Positions 28,254-39,490 of a DNA stretch of 64,000 nt are shown here, piece after piece (positions within the stretch are counted from its first letter, which is position 1; every line of letters begins with the position of its first letter). The stretch is from Octopus vulgaris (taxonomy: Eukaryota), in NCBI GenBank assembly GCA_951406725.2, contig OX597827.1:1240001-1304000 (forward strand), in the 5' to 3' direction. The notes under the pieces were generated by a model. It saw nothing but the letters and a program-made list of their open reading frames with translations. It did no database searches and was not told the origin of the DNA. The position numbers and the translations under genes were made by a program.

Positions 28254-29031
28254 GTCTTTGTGTCTGTGTTCATCCCTTCCACCATCACTTGACAACCAAT
28301 GCCGGTGTGTTTATGTTCCTATAACTTAGCGGTTCAGCAAAAGCAACCAATAGAATAAGTACTAGGCTTGCAAGGTGTAAGACCTGGGATCAATTTCTTC
28401 AAATAAGGAACCCTTTAAAGTAGTGCACCTGCATAGCTGCAGTCAAATGACTGAAACAAATAAAAGAATAAAAGAAAAGTAAAGAATTATAGGCGCAGGA
28501 GTGGATGTGTTGTAAGTAGCTTGCTTACCAACCACATGGTTCCGGGTTCAGTCCCACTGCGTGACACCTTGGGCAAGTGTCTTCTACTATAGCCTCGGGC
28601 CAACCAAAGCCTTGTGAGTGGATTTGGCAGACAGAAACTGAAAGAAGCCCATCGTGTATATGTATATATATAAATATATGTGTGTGTATATATATGTTTG
28701 TGTGTCTGTGTTTGTCCATCCAACATTGCTTGACAACCGATGCTGGTATGTTTACATCCCCATAACTTAGTGATTCGGCAAAAGAGACCGCTAGAATAAG
28801 TACTAAGCTTACAAAGAATAAGAGCTGGGGTCGATTTGCTCGACTAAAGAAAAGTAAAAGAGTAATGTACACACAGAGTTTCTTTCCAGTTTCCATCTAC
28901 CAAATCCACTAACAAAGCTTTGGTCAGCCCGAGTTAGTAGTAGAAGATACTTGCCCAAGGTGTAACACAGTGGGACTGAACCTAGAACCATGTGATTGGG
29001 AAGCAAGCCTCTTACCACACAGCCATGCCTG
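27868..29031. mobile_element. Cluster of SINE family A copies (plus approx. 27868-28020, 28055-28480, 28491-28863; minus 28878-29031)
   Basis: The head aggcgcaggagtgg.tgtgt.gtaag...ggttcagtcccactgc is repeated; the last copy is inverted. Confidence 0.85.
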
Positions 29032-29606
29032 TCCCTCTGTGTGTGTGCGTGTTTGTGTGTACAGGGGTATGAACGTTTATATTTGTAATATCTTTGCACA
29101 AAATCACTCAAATGAGATCAGAATAGCTTTCAAAGACGAACAGAATAATAATCTCTTCCTTCAAAACAGGTATGTGTTAGTAATAGTAAGAGCATCCTGC
29201 TATAAACTAGTTCCTCATTAATATGCGCACATTCAGCATACACTAGCGTGGAAAAACGAACATTAAATTGGCAAACAAACACACACAAGTATATAGACGT
29301 ATTGATGCAATGTGCCATATGCAAATTAAGCTGACCAAAGTCCATCCATTTCCAGACTATTTCTTCTTTCCCAGTAATTACAGACGCAAACAGAGAAAAT
29401 GCAATAAAACAAAAAACAATGGCTCCAGTGAGAATAGACCTGTGTCAAAGCTATGTTCGAATCATTTAGTATCGTGAAAAATGTGCAGAGAGCACATATA
29501 TATTTACATAGATCTAGAGATCAAGATCACACACTCACACACACACACATGTACATAGAGAATTTTATACATTTGCAGAAACACATATTCATTAGGTATG
29601 TGCGTG

Positions 29607-29658
<52 letters not shown>

Positions 29659-29707
29659 ACATATATATATGTATGTATATATATATATATATATACATAT
29701 ATATATG

Positions 29708-29757
<50 letters not shown>

Positions 29758-30216
29758 ATTTATTTACAATCACACATGAATATATTTGTACTATACAAAC
29801 ATACATACACATACAGACACAAATATACATGCAAAGATTATATATGTATGTATGTATATACAGACAGAGACGTATATTAACAAACATGTACACAAACATA
29901 CATCCATATACAGATACATACACATATACAGACATATACAAATATATATGCATATGCGCGCACACACACACACACACACCACTAATGTGTGATTGAATAA
30001 ATACATCCTGCATGGCAATAAAACCACAGGCTTGCAAGATTACTGTATATTTACAGTGAAGACATGTCATAAATCAAATACTAAATAAAAAAAGTGCTTT
30101 TGACAGGTTTTGTTGAAGACTAAGTGCTTCCTGAAAGGAGACGGTGAAGGGGAATGGGAGGAGAATAGGGGAACAGAAGAATAGAAAAACTATTTAAGTG
30201 TGAGAATATAAATACA

Positions 30217-30254
<38 letters not shown>

Positions 30255-30495
30255 CCACACACATGAACACACACAGATATATATATGTTGGTGGTTGTTT
30301 TTATAATGCAACCCCAAAAAACAGTTTGTATGTGTGTGTGTGATTGTGTGTGTGTGTGTGTGTGTGTGAATATGCATGTGTATTCATCCTTTTATTTTTG
30401 TAGGTATACAGAACTGTATATGCATGTGTGTATATGTGTTTGTGTTGTGTGTGTATGTGTGTATATATACATATATATATATATATACACATATA

Positions 30496-30555
<60 letters not shown>

Positions 30556-31697
30556 TGAACAATAATGTCTGGATGTGTATGGGTGTGTGTATATTGTTGT
30601 GTAAATATTGCTCACACAGACACATGTGTATGTGTGGGGTGTTTTTTTTGAGGGAAGTAACAATTTGCTAATGTAATAATTGATTATATATTTTAAGAAT
30701 AATAATAATAATAATCATGATAATAATAATCATGAAAATAATGATAATAATAATTCATATATATAAATAAAATCGAGAGAAAGCTAAGAAAAATAAAATA
30801 AAATCAACAAAAACTACTCTTGATGTCAAACTGTAAAAACTGAAGGCATTTTTATAAAATATTCATAGTCTGAATTTAAAGACAGGACTTGAAGTATAGA
30901 CAGAAAATAAATAAATAAATAAATAAATAAATAGAAAATGAAAGTTACTAAAAATAATAATAAAAATAGTAAATATATATATATGTATATAAACAACAAT
31001 GACGACAACTTCAAGAATAGCAATATATATATAACCAACAATATTACACCATTCCTTATCGACCAAAACCTATGATAATAATAATCATAATGATACTGAT
31101 GACGATGATTTAAAAATTAATAATAAATAAATTTTAAATTAATTTAAAATAAAATAACTTTCAAGAGAAATATATGAAAATGAATAAATCCATGCACTTA
31201 TAAGTGTGTATACAAGATAATATATGTATGTGTGTGTGTATATATGAATATATGAATGAGTGTGTGTATGTATATACATAATTATATGACTTCATGTGTA
31301 TTTACTTTGACAGTTATATGACTAATATGGAAAGAGAGGTGGGTACCTTCGATTAAATTCTAGTCCTTTTATTTACTTGTTTGTTAAAGCCTGTAGGGTG
31401 TTGAAAGTTTGGTGCCCTACTGTCTTGGCTTTCTACATCTTAAGATACTGATCCGTAATTTATACATTTATTTATTTTCTTTTGTTATGTTGTTCTAAGT
31501 GGAAACGTTTCAATATTGTTATCGATGGCATTACAGACACTTGCTGAAATGGCATAGCAACCATTAAGAGATCTCTCCTGACAAAACTGGCATCCTCACC
31601 ACGTGACCTTGGCTTTAGACCCACTGTGGGACACTTTGGGCAAGAGTCTTGTAATAAAGCTCTGGGCTGACCAAAGCCTTGTGGGTCAATTTGTGGG

Positions 31698-32367
31698 TCA
31701 TCATCATCATCACCATCATCATCATCCTGGCATGGGCTGGATTGTTGACCAGAGCTGGTGAGCCAGAAAGCTGCACTAGGATCCAGTCTGATTTGGCTTG
31801 GTTTCTACAGCTGGATGCCCTTCTTAATGCCAAGCACTTTACAGTATGTAGTGGGCGATTTTAATGGGCCACTGGCACAAGCACTCTTTATGTGGAACTG
31901 GCACAAGTACTCTTATGTGGCACTGGCACAGGACTCTTGCAGGCCAATCCTCGTCTTCAGGCAGAACAGCCTTAACATGTCTGCTGTGGAAGACAAGTCT
32001 TCCTGAGTACAGCAAAGCGCAAGATATCTCTGTCCTTTGTCATCTCCAAAAGGTTCAGTGTCCTGTGGTCATCTTTCAGCACTTCATCCCATGTCTTACT
32101 CGTCTCCTTCTGCCACGAATTTCATCCAGTTTGGAACTTCTTTGTGATGCTGTCAAAATCCATCTGCATCACATGACCAAACCAGCAGAGTCTTCTCTCT
32201 TGCACACTATACCTAATTCCTCTTACACCAAACTTTTCTTTCAACACACTAGCACTTAGTCGAACATGTACACTTACATTGCACATCCAGCAGAGCATAG
32301 TAGCCTCATTCCTCTCTAACCTTCACATGTCCAATACATTCAGAACCCATGTCTCACAACCATGTAG
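31698..32367 (-). pseudogene. RTE-clade LINE 3' fragment (RT C-terminal region, 3' UTR, (TGA)n tail)
   Basis: Minus translation LHGCETWVLNVLDM*RLERNEATMLCWMCNVSVHVRLSASVLKEKFGVRGIRYSVQERRLCWFGHVMQMD...KTWDEVLKDD shows the RTE YGxETW and RLRWxGHV motifs. Confidence 0.88.
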
Positions 32368-32602
32368 AATTGCTGTTCATCATATATGTATATAAATATA
32401 TATGTTTGTGTGTATCCTTCGACAACACATGATGGTTGTAAACAAGCATTTTGTTCATGTCCAGTTTTCTGTGAAAAATATGTCAAGCCATGAGAAATAT
32501 TACCTTGCTTAGGAACAGGTGAGGGTTCGGGAAGAGAGACAGGAAGGGCATGAAGCTGTAGAAAATCTGCTTCATCAAATCTAATCCTCACCTATTCAAG
32601 CA

Positions 32603-32634
<32 letters not shown>

Positions 32635-33196
32635 CAACAGGCTTCTTTCATTTACCGTCTACCAAATCCACTCACAAGGCTTTGGTTGGCAAAAGGCTAT
32701 AGTAGAAGACACTTGCCCAAGGTGCCATGCAGTGGGACTGAACCCGGACCCATGTGGTTGGTAAGCAAGCTACTTACCACACAGCCACTCCTGCACCTAT
32801 CATGTTTTCCTCCAAATGATCTCAGTGATTTTGAAATAACTACAGATATTTAGCAAACACAGGCACATTCAGCTCTCAGGTAAGTAAATCACTGCTTCAC
32901 AGCACTGTTTCTGTTATATATCGATTTTTAGGTTACACAGAGGTACATATTGATATTAACATGCTTATTGATTTTAGTGCTTTATACTTATTTGGAGGTA
33001 CTTATTGATTTTGGTGGGTACATATTGGTCGCGACTGTTAGATTTTGGTGAGTACATACAAGAAGATGGTACTCTATGATTATCTTGTCATGATGCTAAA
33101 ATCAATTAACTAAAGAGTAGAGCAGTATCTATAGCATCTGCAAGTCCATGTGCCGGCCTGAAGAAATGTGGATTGGGGCTGTTCACTTTGAACTTG

Positions 33197-33600
33197 TGCA
33201 GGCATGGTTGTGTGGTAAGAAATTTGCTTCCTAACCACATGGTTCTAGGTTCAGTCACACTGCGTGGCACCTTTGGCAAGTGTCTTCTATTATAGCCTCA
33301 GGCCAACAAAAGCTTAGTTGGTGGATTTTGTAGGTCCTCATCTTAGACACAAATTTAATGTGGTGTGGTTGATGTCCATTTTGAACCCCTGAATGTTAAT
33401 GTATACAGAAGACAAAATCTGGAGTGAGCAGGTGGAATTGTTGAAAGTTTCAATTTAAGGAGGAAAGACAAAGCAAAATATTTTGCGGCCGTGATGGTGA
33501 AATAGAAAAGGGGCAGACAAGAGAGGGAGAGATGAATAAGTTTAATGAATATGGAGAGAGATGATGAAGTCAGTTGCTTAATTCAGAAGAAGAGGAGGCA
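33197..33600 (+). repeat. Local segmental duplication, copy 1 (SINE A head plus non-SINE flank); copy 2 at 41318-41910
   Basis: Shared junction ggattttgtaggtcctc.tcttagacacaaattt, plus aaaatctggagtgagcaggtggaattgttgaaagtttcaatttaaggaggaaagacaa and gaagtcagttgcttaattcagaagaa. Confidence 0.92.
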
Positions 33601-33837
33601 GTTTTAGCAATGGTAAAAATAGATAAAGAGAGAGAGAGAGAGAAGGAGGAAGCAAATGCACAAGTCAACCAGAGGTTGGAAAGTGTTAGCATGGTGGAAA
33701 TTATTACCAGTCTGTTGTATGTTATTTTTTTGGATATAATCATATCAACTGTAGAGCACCAAACTAGATGTCTTACTCTATTTAGATTCCCTTCTAAATG
33801 GTTTAACATTCAAACTGCAGGTTATTAGTACAATGAG

Positions 33838-34128
33838 TAGAAGAAGAAGAAGAAGAAGAAGAAGAAGAAGAAGAAGCAGAAGAAGAAGAAGAAGAAGAAG
33901 AAAGAAGAGGAGGAGGAGACTGGAGAAGGAGAAGAAGAAGAAGAAAGAAGAGGAGGAGGAGGAGACTGGAGAAAGAGAAGAAGTAGAAGTAGAAGAAGTA
34001 GAAGTAGAAGTAGAAGAAGTAGAAGAAGTAGAAGAAGTAGAAGAAGAAGAAGAAGAAGAAGAAGAAGAAGAAGAAGAAGAAGAAGAAGAAGAAGAAGAAG
34101 AAGAAGAAGAAGAAGAAGAAGAAGAAGA
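33838..34128 (+). repeat. (GAA/GTA/GGA)n purine microsatellite
   Basis: Directly visible; it explains the poly-R/E/L ORFs. Confidence 0.97.
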
Positions 34129-34301
34129 AACATTAGCAAAACTTCTAATTTAGGCACAAGGTAAGCAGTTTTGAGAAGAGGGTGTGTTAATAGGTTGCAC
34201 TGACCCTAGTAGTTTACTGGTACTTCATTTTATCAATCTTGGAGAGAAGAAAAGCAAAGGTAACTGTGGTAGGATTTGAACTCAGAATGTAAAGAGCAAG
34301 A

Positions 34302-34406
34302 AGAAAATACTCATAAACATTTTCCCCCGATCCCCTAGAAAATACTCCTAAACATTTTCCCCCGATCCCCTAGAAAATACTCCTAAACATTTTCCCCCGA
34401 TACCCT
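34302..34406 (+). repeat. 35-bp tandem triplication inside an old SINE B copy
   Basis: agaaaatactc(a/c)taaacattttcccccgat(c/a)ccct x3. Confidence 0.93.
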
Positions 34407-34981
34407 AATAATTTTGCCAGTCTGGCCCACCAGATTTTGCACAAGATATTTTCAATTCAATAGCATGAATGAATCATTTGGCCCTCAGGAAGTCATTAGT
34501 GGCATTCCCTCAGTTGCAACGATGATAGGACTTGACCCCAAACCCCCATGGCTGCAAAGCAAACTTCTTAACCACACAGCCATGCCTATAGCTGCAAGGA
34601 TCATCTTTTAAATCAACTATACATCACTTCCCTCACAATCTCCCTTTTTCCCTTGTATTTCTGGAGCCATTTTTGCAAAACTGATATAAAAAAATCGATA
34701 CTGTTAGATTATTTTATTCATTAATCTTAATGTTTTCATTTGTAGCCATTGTTGTTGTTGTTGTTGCTGTGATAGCAGCAGTTTATGTTATTGTTGTTGC
34801 TGACATCATTGTCATTGGTGGTCATGTTGTTGTGAAGGTGCATGGCCTAGCAGTTAGGATTTTCAGCTCACAATCGTAAGATTGTGAGTTTGAAACCTGG
34901 TGGCACATCGCATCCTTGAACAAGACACTTTATTTCAAGTTGCTCTAGTCCAAAAATGAGTAGTACCCATTTTGTTGTTGT

Positions 34982-35477
34982 TTCTTCTTCTTCTTCTTCT
35001 TCCAATCAGGATCATGCCATTAGCCACAAAGAATAATCTCTAATTCGAGCCTACTCTAAGCTACTAAGAATGCGTGTGGCAACTTGAAGACCCACCCACC
35101 ACATACTATAGACTGGCGGTTGCACAGGCGCAAAAGCTACGTTGTTATCCTCATTCCGTAAATGGTGGCTTTTAAGGGATGGAGAGCTGAACCATCCCGG
35201 GGTACAGAGGATTCGCAATCTAGACTAGGGTCTGAAAGTTTACCACAACATAGGGGGTTATACCATGGTTCCTCTGCTTTGTGGCAGAAGTAGGAAGAAA
35301 GAGTGAGAGAAAGTTGTGGTAAAAGAGTACAGCGGTGTTCACCCCCCACCCCACCGGAGCCTCGTGGAACTTAGGTGTTTTTGCTCAATAAACACTCACA
35401 ATGCCCGGTCTCGGAATCGGAACCGCATTCTTACGACTGCGAGTCCGCTGCCCTAACCACTGGGCCATTGCGCCTCC
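34982..35477 (-). mobile_element. tRNA-derived SINE of a further family (approx. 500 bp, (GAA)n tail), adjacent to a truncated family C copy
   Basis: Minus strand starts ggaggcgcaatggcccagtggttagggcagcggactcgc...ggttccgattcc (A and B boxes), has a CpG-rich body and ends in gaagaagaag. Confidence 0.7.
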
Positions 35478-35530
35478 GTTCTTGCTGTTGTTGTTAAAGT
35501 ACTTGTAGTTGTTATTGCTACTGCAGTAGT

Positions 35531-35563
<33 letters not shown>

Positions 35564-36761
35564 GGTGGTGGTGGTGGTAGTGGTGGTGGCAGCAGTTCTT
35601 ATTATTATAGTTCTCAATGTTTTGATTGGTTTCTGGTAACAAAACAATTTAGCTGTGCACTTACAATGAAAAAGTCAAACTAAATAGTTTTTGGTATCAC
35701 TATCTCCAAATCTTAATGACTTTCTATATTTGTAACAAAGTGCTAAAAAAAACACATAAGCACAACTTCGATGACATTAAATCTCTCCGCACCCGACCAT
35801 CACCCTTTAAATTTTTGGTTTCTTCTTCTGTTTTAAGAGATGGATTAGTTTTCTCTGGTTAAATTGTAAAAGCAAGAGAATGGAAACTTATCAACCATAT
35901 CTAATGAATTTGTTAAATAAAACATGAAGAAGAGGAAATAGGCTGAGAAAAGAAGAAGAAAAAATTTAAATCGTTCCAAATTAAATGAAATAATAGTGAC
36001 GACAATAGTGATGGGAAGAACAATAATAATGATGATTAAATGATGATGATTAAATTGTGGATAATGATGAGATGGTGGTGAAGAAGAAGGTAAAGAAGAA
36101 GAATGTGAAGAAGGAGGTGAAGAAGGAGAAGAAGAAGGAGAAGAAGAAGAAGAAGGTGAAGAAGGAGAAGAAGGAGAAGAAGGAGATGATAAAGAGGAAG
36201 AAGAAGTAAGAGGAGGAGGAGGAAGAAGAGCCAATAGTAATAATAACAGGATTTGTTTCCAATTTAGGCACAAGGCCAGCAATATTTATTGGGGAGGCAT
36301 GTTAGCTGATTGCATTGAGTGGTAGTAGACTTGACTGCTATTTATTTTATCAATTCTGAAGAGACAAAAAAAGGCAATGATAATTTTGTCAGGATTTGAA
36401 CTTGGAATGAAAATAGCAGGAACAAATATGGATGAAAATTTATTCCCCACACCCTAACAATTCTGCCAGCCCAACCCAGCCCACATCTTACACAAGTAAG
36501 TTTTTTTGTTTGTTTTATAGCATTATCTCCAGAGTTGAATGAGACACTCAAATACAGCTGCTTTGGAAGCTGACGCTTTGGTACAACCGTCTGAGATATT
36601 CAACCCGTTTTGGCACCGAGTACGTATTGACTCTAGGGACCAACAGACAGATGTGCATGCAGAAATACATACATACAACATACAAATATACATTCATATA
36701 TATATATATATATGTAAAACAAGATAATATATGTATATGTGTGTGTATATATTTATTTATT

Positions 36762-36840
<79 letters not shown>

Positions 36841-36844
36841 TTCC

Positions 36845-36970
36845 TTGGCTGGAATTTATAAATATTTTAATGCATCGCTATGTGTTTCCACTGATCATGT
36901 TTCTTAAGCTCATGGTCACATGTGGAAATGCACGTAGCAATGCATTAAAATATTTATAATTTCCATCCAA
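36845..36970. repeat. Long hairpin in non-SINE sequence (arms 36845-36899 / 36911-36970, 11-nt loop) flanked by complementary (AAT)n and (ATT)n tracts
   Basis: ttggctggaatttataaatattttaatgcatcgctatgtgtttccactgatcatg versus the reverse complement of the right arm, ttggatggaaattataaatattttaatgcattgctacgtgcatttccacatgtgaccatg. Confidence 0.92.
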
Positions 36971-36972
36971 AG

Positions 36973-37024
<52 letters not shown>

Positions 37025-37359
37025 GTATAATTATCCTACATTATATTGGCACAGCTCAGTGTGACTCCAAAACACTGGCATTGCCAGTTGGCATCATTAG
37101 GCTGGAAGTGGCAGAATGGAATAGCAGCTTTTATATTCAAAACATTATCCTGTAAACAAACTTAAAGGATACTTCATCATCATCATCATCATCATCATCG
37201 TTTAATGTTTGCTTTCCATGCTAGCATGGGTTGGACGATTTGACTGAGGTCTGGCGAACCAGATGGCTGCGTCAGACTCCAATCTGGTCTGGCAGAGTTT
37301 CTACAGCTGGTTGCCCTTCCTAACGCCAACCACTCCGTATATATATACATATATATATA

Positions 37360-37785
37360 TACTTCTATTCTTTTAGTTGTTTCAGTCATTTGACTACAGC
37401 CATGTAGGAGCACTGCCTTGAAGATTTTTAGCCAAACAAATCGCCCCCAGGACTTTTTTTTAAGCCTAATACTTATCCTGTTGGTCTCTTTTGATAAAAT
37501 GCTAAGTTATGGGGACATGAACATACCGACCCTAGCTGTCAAGCGATGATGGGAGAGAACAGGCACAAACACAAAGGCACACACTCATAAATATATGCTT
37601 ACACACACACACACACACACATATTTGATGGGTTTCTTTCAATTTCAGTCTACAACTCCACTCACAAGCCTTTGGCTGGCCCGAGGCTATAGTAGCAGAC
37701 ACTTGCCCAAGGTGCCACTCAATGGGACTGAAACTGGAACCATGTGGTTGGGAAGCAAGCTTCTTACCACATAACCACACATGCA
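37360..37785 (-). mobile_element. SINE family A copy
   Basis: Reverse complement of the family A tail, body and head. Confidence 0.8.
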
Positions 37786-37817
37786 TCTATATATGTATAT
37801 ATATGTATATATATATA

Positions 37818-38324
37818 TGTATGAAGACAGATGCATCAAGAGGTGCTGATCTGTAATTGCGGAAGGAACTTGGGGAAGGGATAGACCCAAGAAGATGTGA
37901 GATGAAGTGGTGAGAAAGGATCTTCAGATATTGGGCCTCACAGGGGACCATGACTCCTGGTGGTTTACTATGCTTCAGAAGATATGTCAAGCTAAGTAAA
38001 ATCGTGGTTGCCTTTGTATACAGGCATGACCCCCTGCATTCCTCTGCAGCTGACCATTCCTAACCTCGCGGGCTTGTAGTGCTGGTTCTATGTAAAATGC
38101 ACCCATACCAGGGTCACATAAGAGCAACCATGCCAGTGCTGCTTAAAAGCACATAAAAGTACACTCTGTAAAGTGGTTGGCATTAGGAAGGGCATCCTGC
38201 CGTAGAAACTATGCCAAAACAGACATGGATCCCAGGCAGCTCAACTGGCCAGTTCTTGTCAAACCATCCAACCCATGCCAGCACAGAAAGTGAACGTTAA
38301 AGGATGATGATGATGATGATGATA

Positions 38325-38325
<1 letters not shown>
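37818..38325 (+). pseudogene. RTE LINE 3' end (ORF C-terminus, UTR, (TGA)n tail)
   Basis: Translation EDRCIKRC*SVIAEGTWGRDRPKKM*DEVVRKDL (GRPxKTW-like); UTR ggcattaggaagggcatcc..cgtagaaac; tail cgttaaaggatgatgatg. Confidence 0.75.
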
Positions 38326-38358
<33 letters not shown>

Positions 38359-38461
38359 TAATAAGTCTTAGGGTAGCAAAAAAATTTAAGAAAAATTCTT
38401 TGCTACCAGTGGTCTAGAGAGAAGGAAAAATTAGTCAATAGACTATATATTATTCATATAA

Positions 38462-38733
38462 AAATACAGTGTACATTTAAACACATATGAGATGGCCATA
38501 ATAGGACATCTGACTCGCTAGAAAGAGTAGTTAAACTACAAACCACTATTAGTTGTAATTCTGAAAGGGAATGAAAAATAAAAAGTAAAAAATAAAAAAA
38601 TAGGGTAAATGTTTTTATTTTTCATTCCCTTTCAGAATTACAACTAATAGTGGTTTGTAGTTTAACTACTCTTTCTAGCGAGTCAGATGTCCTATTATGG
38701 CAATCTCTTATGTTTATAAATGTACACTGTATT

Positions 38734-38734
<1 letters not shown>
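38462..38734. repeat. Palindrome with a perfect 90-bp inner inverted repeat (38495-38584 / 38612-38701), 27-nt spacer and diverged outer arms
   Basis: gccataataggacatctgactcgctagaaagagtag...ctgaaagggaatgaaaaataaaaa is the exact reverse complement of 38612-38701 by manual comparison. Confidence 0.95.
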
Positions 38735-38799
<65 letters not shown>

Positions 38800-39221
38800 A
38801 CTTGGTTTCAAATTCAGTCCCACTGTGTGGCACCTTGAGCAAGTGTTGTTTACTAAAGCCTCAGGCCAACCAAAGCCCCGAAGCCTTGAGAGTAGATTTG
38901 GTAGACAGAAACTGAAAGAAGCCTGTCATATGTGTGCATGTATATATTTATGAGTATGTGTCTTTGTGTCTGCGATTGTTCCTCATCACTGCTTGACAAG
39001 CGGTGTTGGTGTGTTTACATCTCCGTAACTTAGCAGTTCAAGAAAAGAACCTGATAGAATAAGCACTAAGCTTACAAAGAATAAGTTCTGGTGTTGATTT
39101 CTTCGACTAAGCAACCCTTTAAGGCACTGCTCCAGTATGGCTGCAGTCACATGACTGAAACAAGTAGAAGAATAAAATAGTAAAAAAAAAAATATATGCA
39201 TGTATAAATAGAAAGCAAGAG

Positions 39222-39490
39222 AGGGAGGGCATCTGACAGGAAGGGCATCTGACAGGAAGGTCATCTGATAGGAAGGGCATCTGACAGGAAGGTCATCTGA
39301 CAGGAAGGGCATCTGACAGGAAGGTCATCTGACAGGAAGGGCATCTGACAGGAAGGTCATCTGACAGGAAGGTCATCTGACAGGAAGGTCATCTGACAGG
39401 AAGGGCATCTGACAGGAAGGTCACCTGACAGGAAGGGCATCTGACAGGAAGGTCATCTGACAGGAAGGGCATCTGACAGGAAAGGCATCT
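39222..39490 (+). repeat. 16-bp minisatellite AGGAAGG(G/T)CATCTGAC, 16 full units plus 1 partial
   Basis: Units start at 39222, 39238 ... 39478; variant order G G T G T G T G T T T G T G T G. Confidence 0.97.

Noticed and set aside
29319-29326. Isolated octamer, AP-1 and CRE-like motifs as regulatory sites
   Set aside because: A few occurrences are expected by chance in 64 kb of this composition.
31347-35828. Further short minus-strand terminal-exon candidates (near 31390, 35742, 35828)
   Set aside because: Short open frames after AG are expected by chance in AT-rich DNA, and I recognise no homology.
39222-39490. CRISPR-like array
   Set aside because: The units are directly adjacent with no spacers, the context is eukaryotic, and there are no cas genes.
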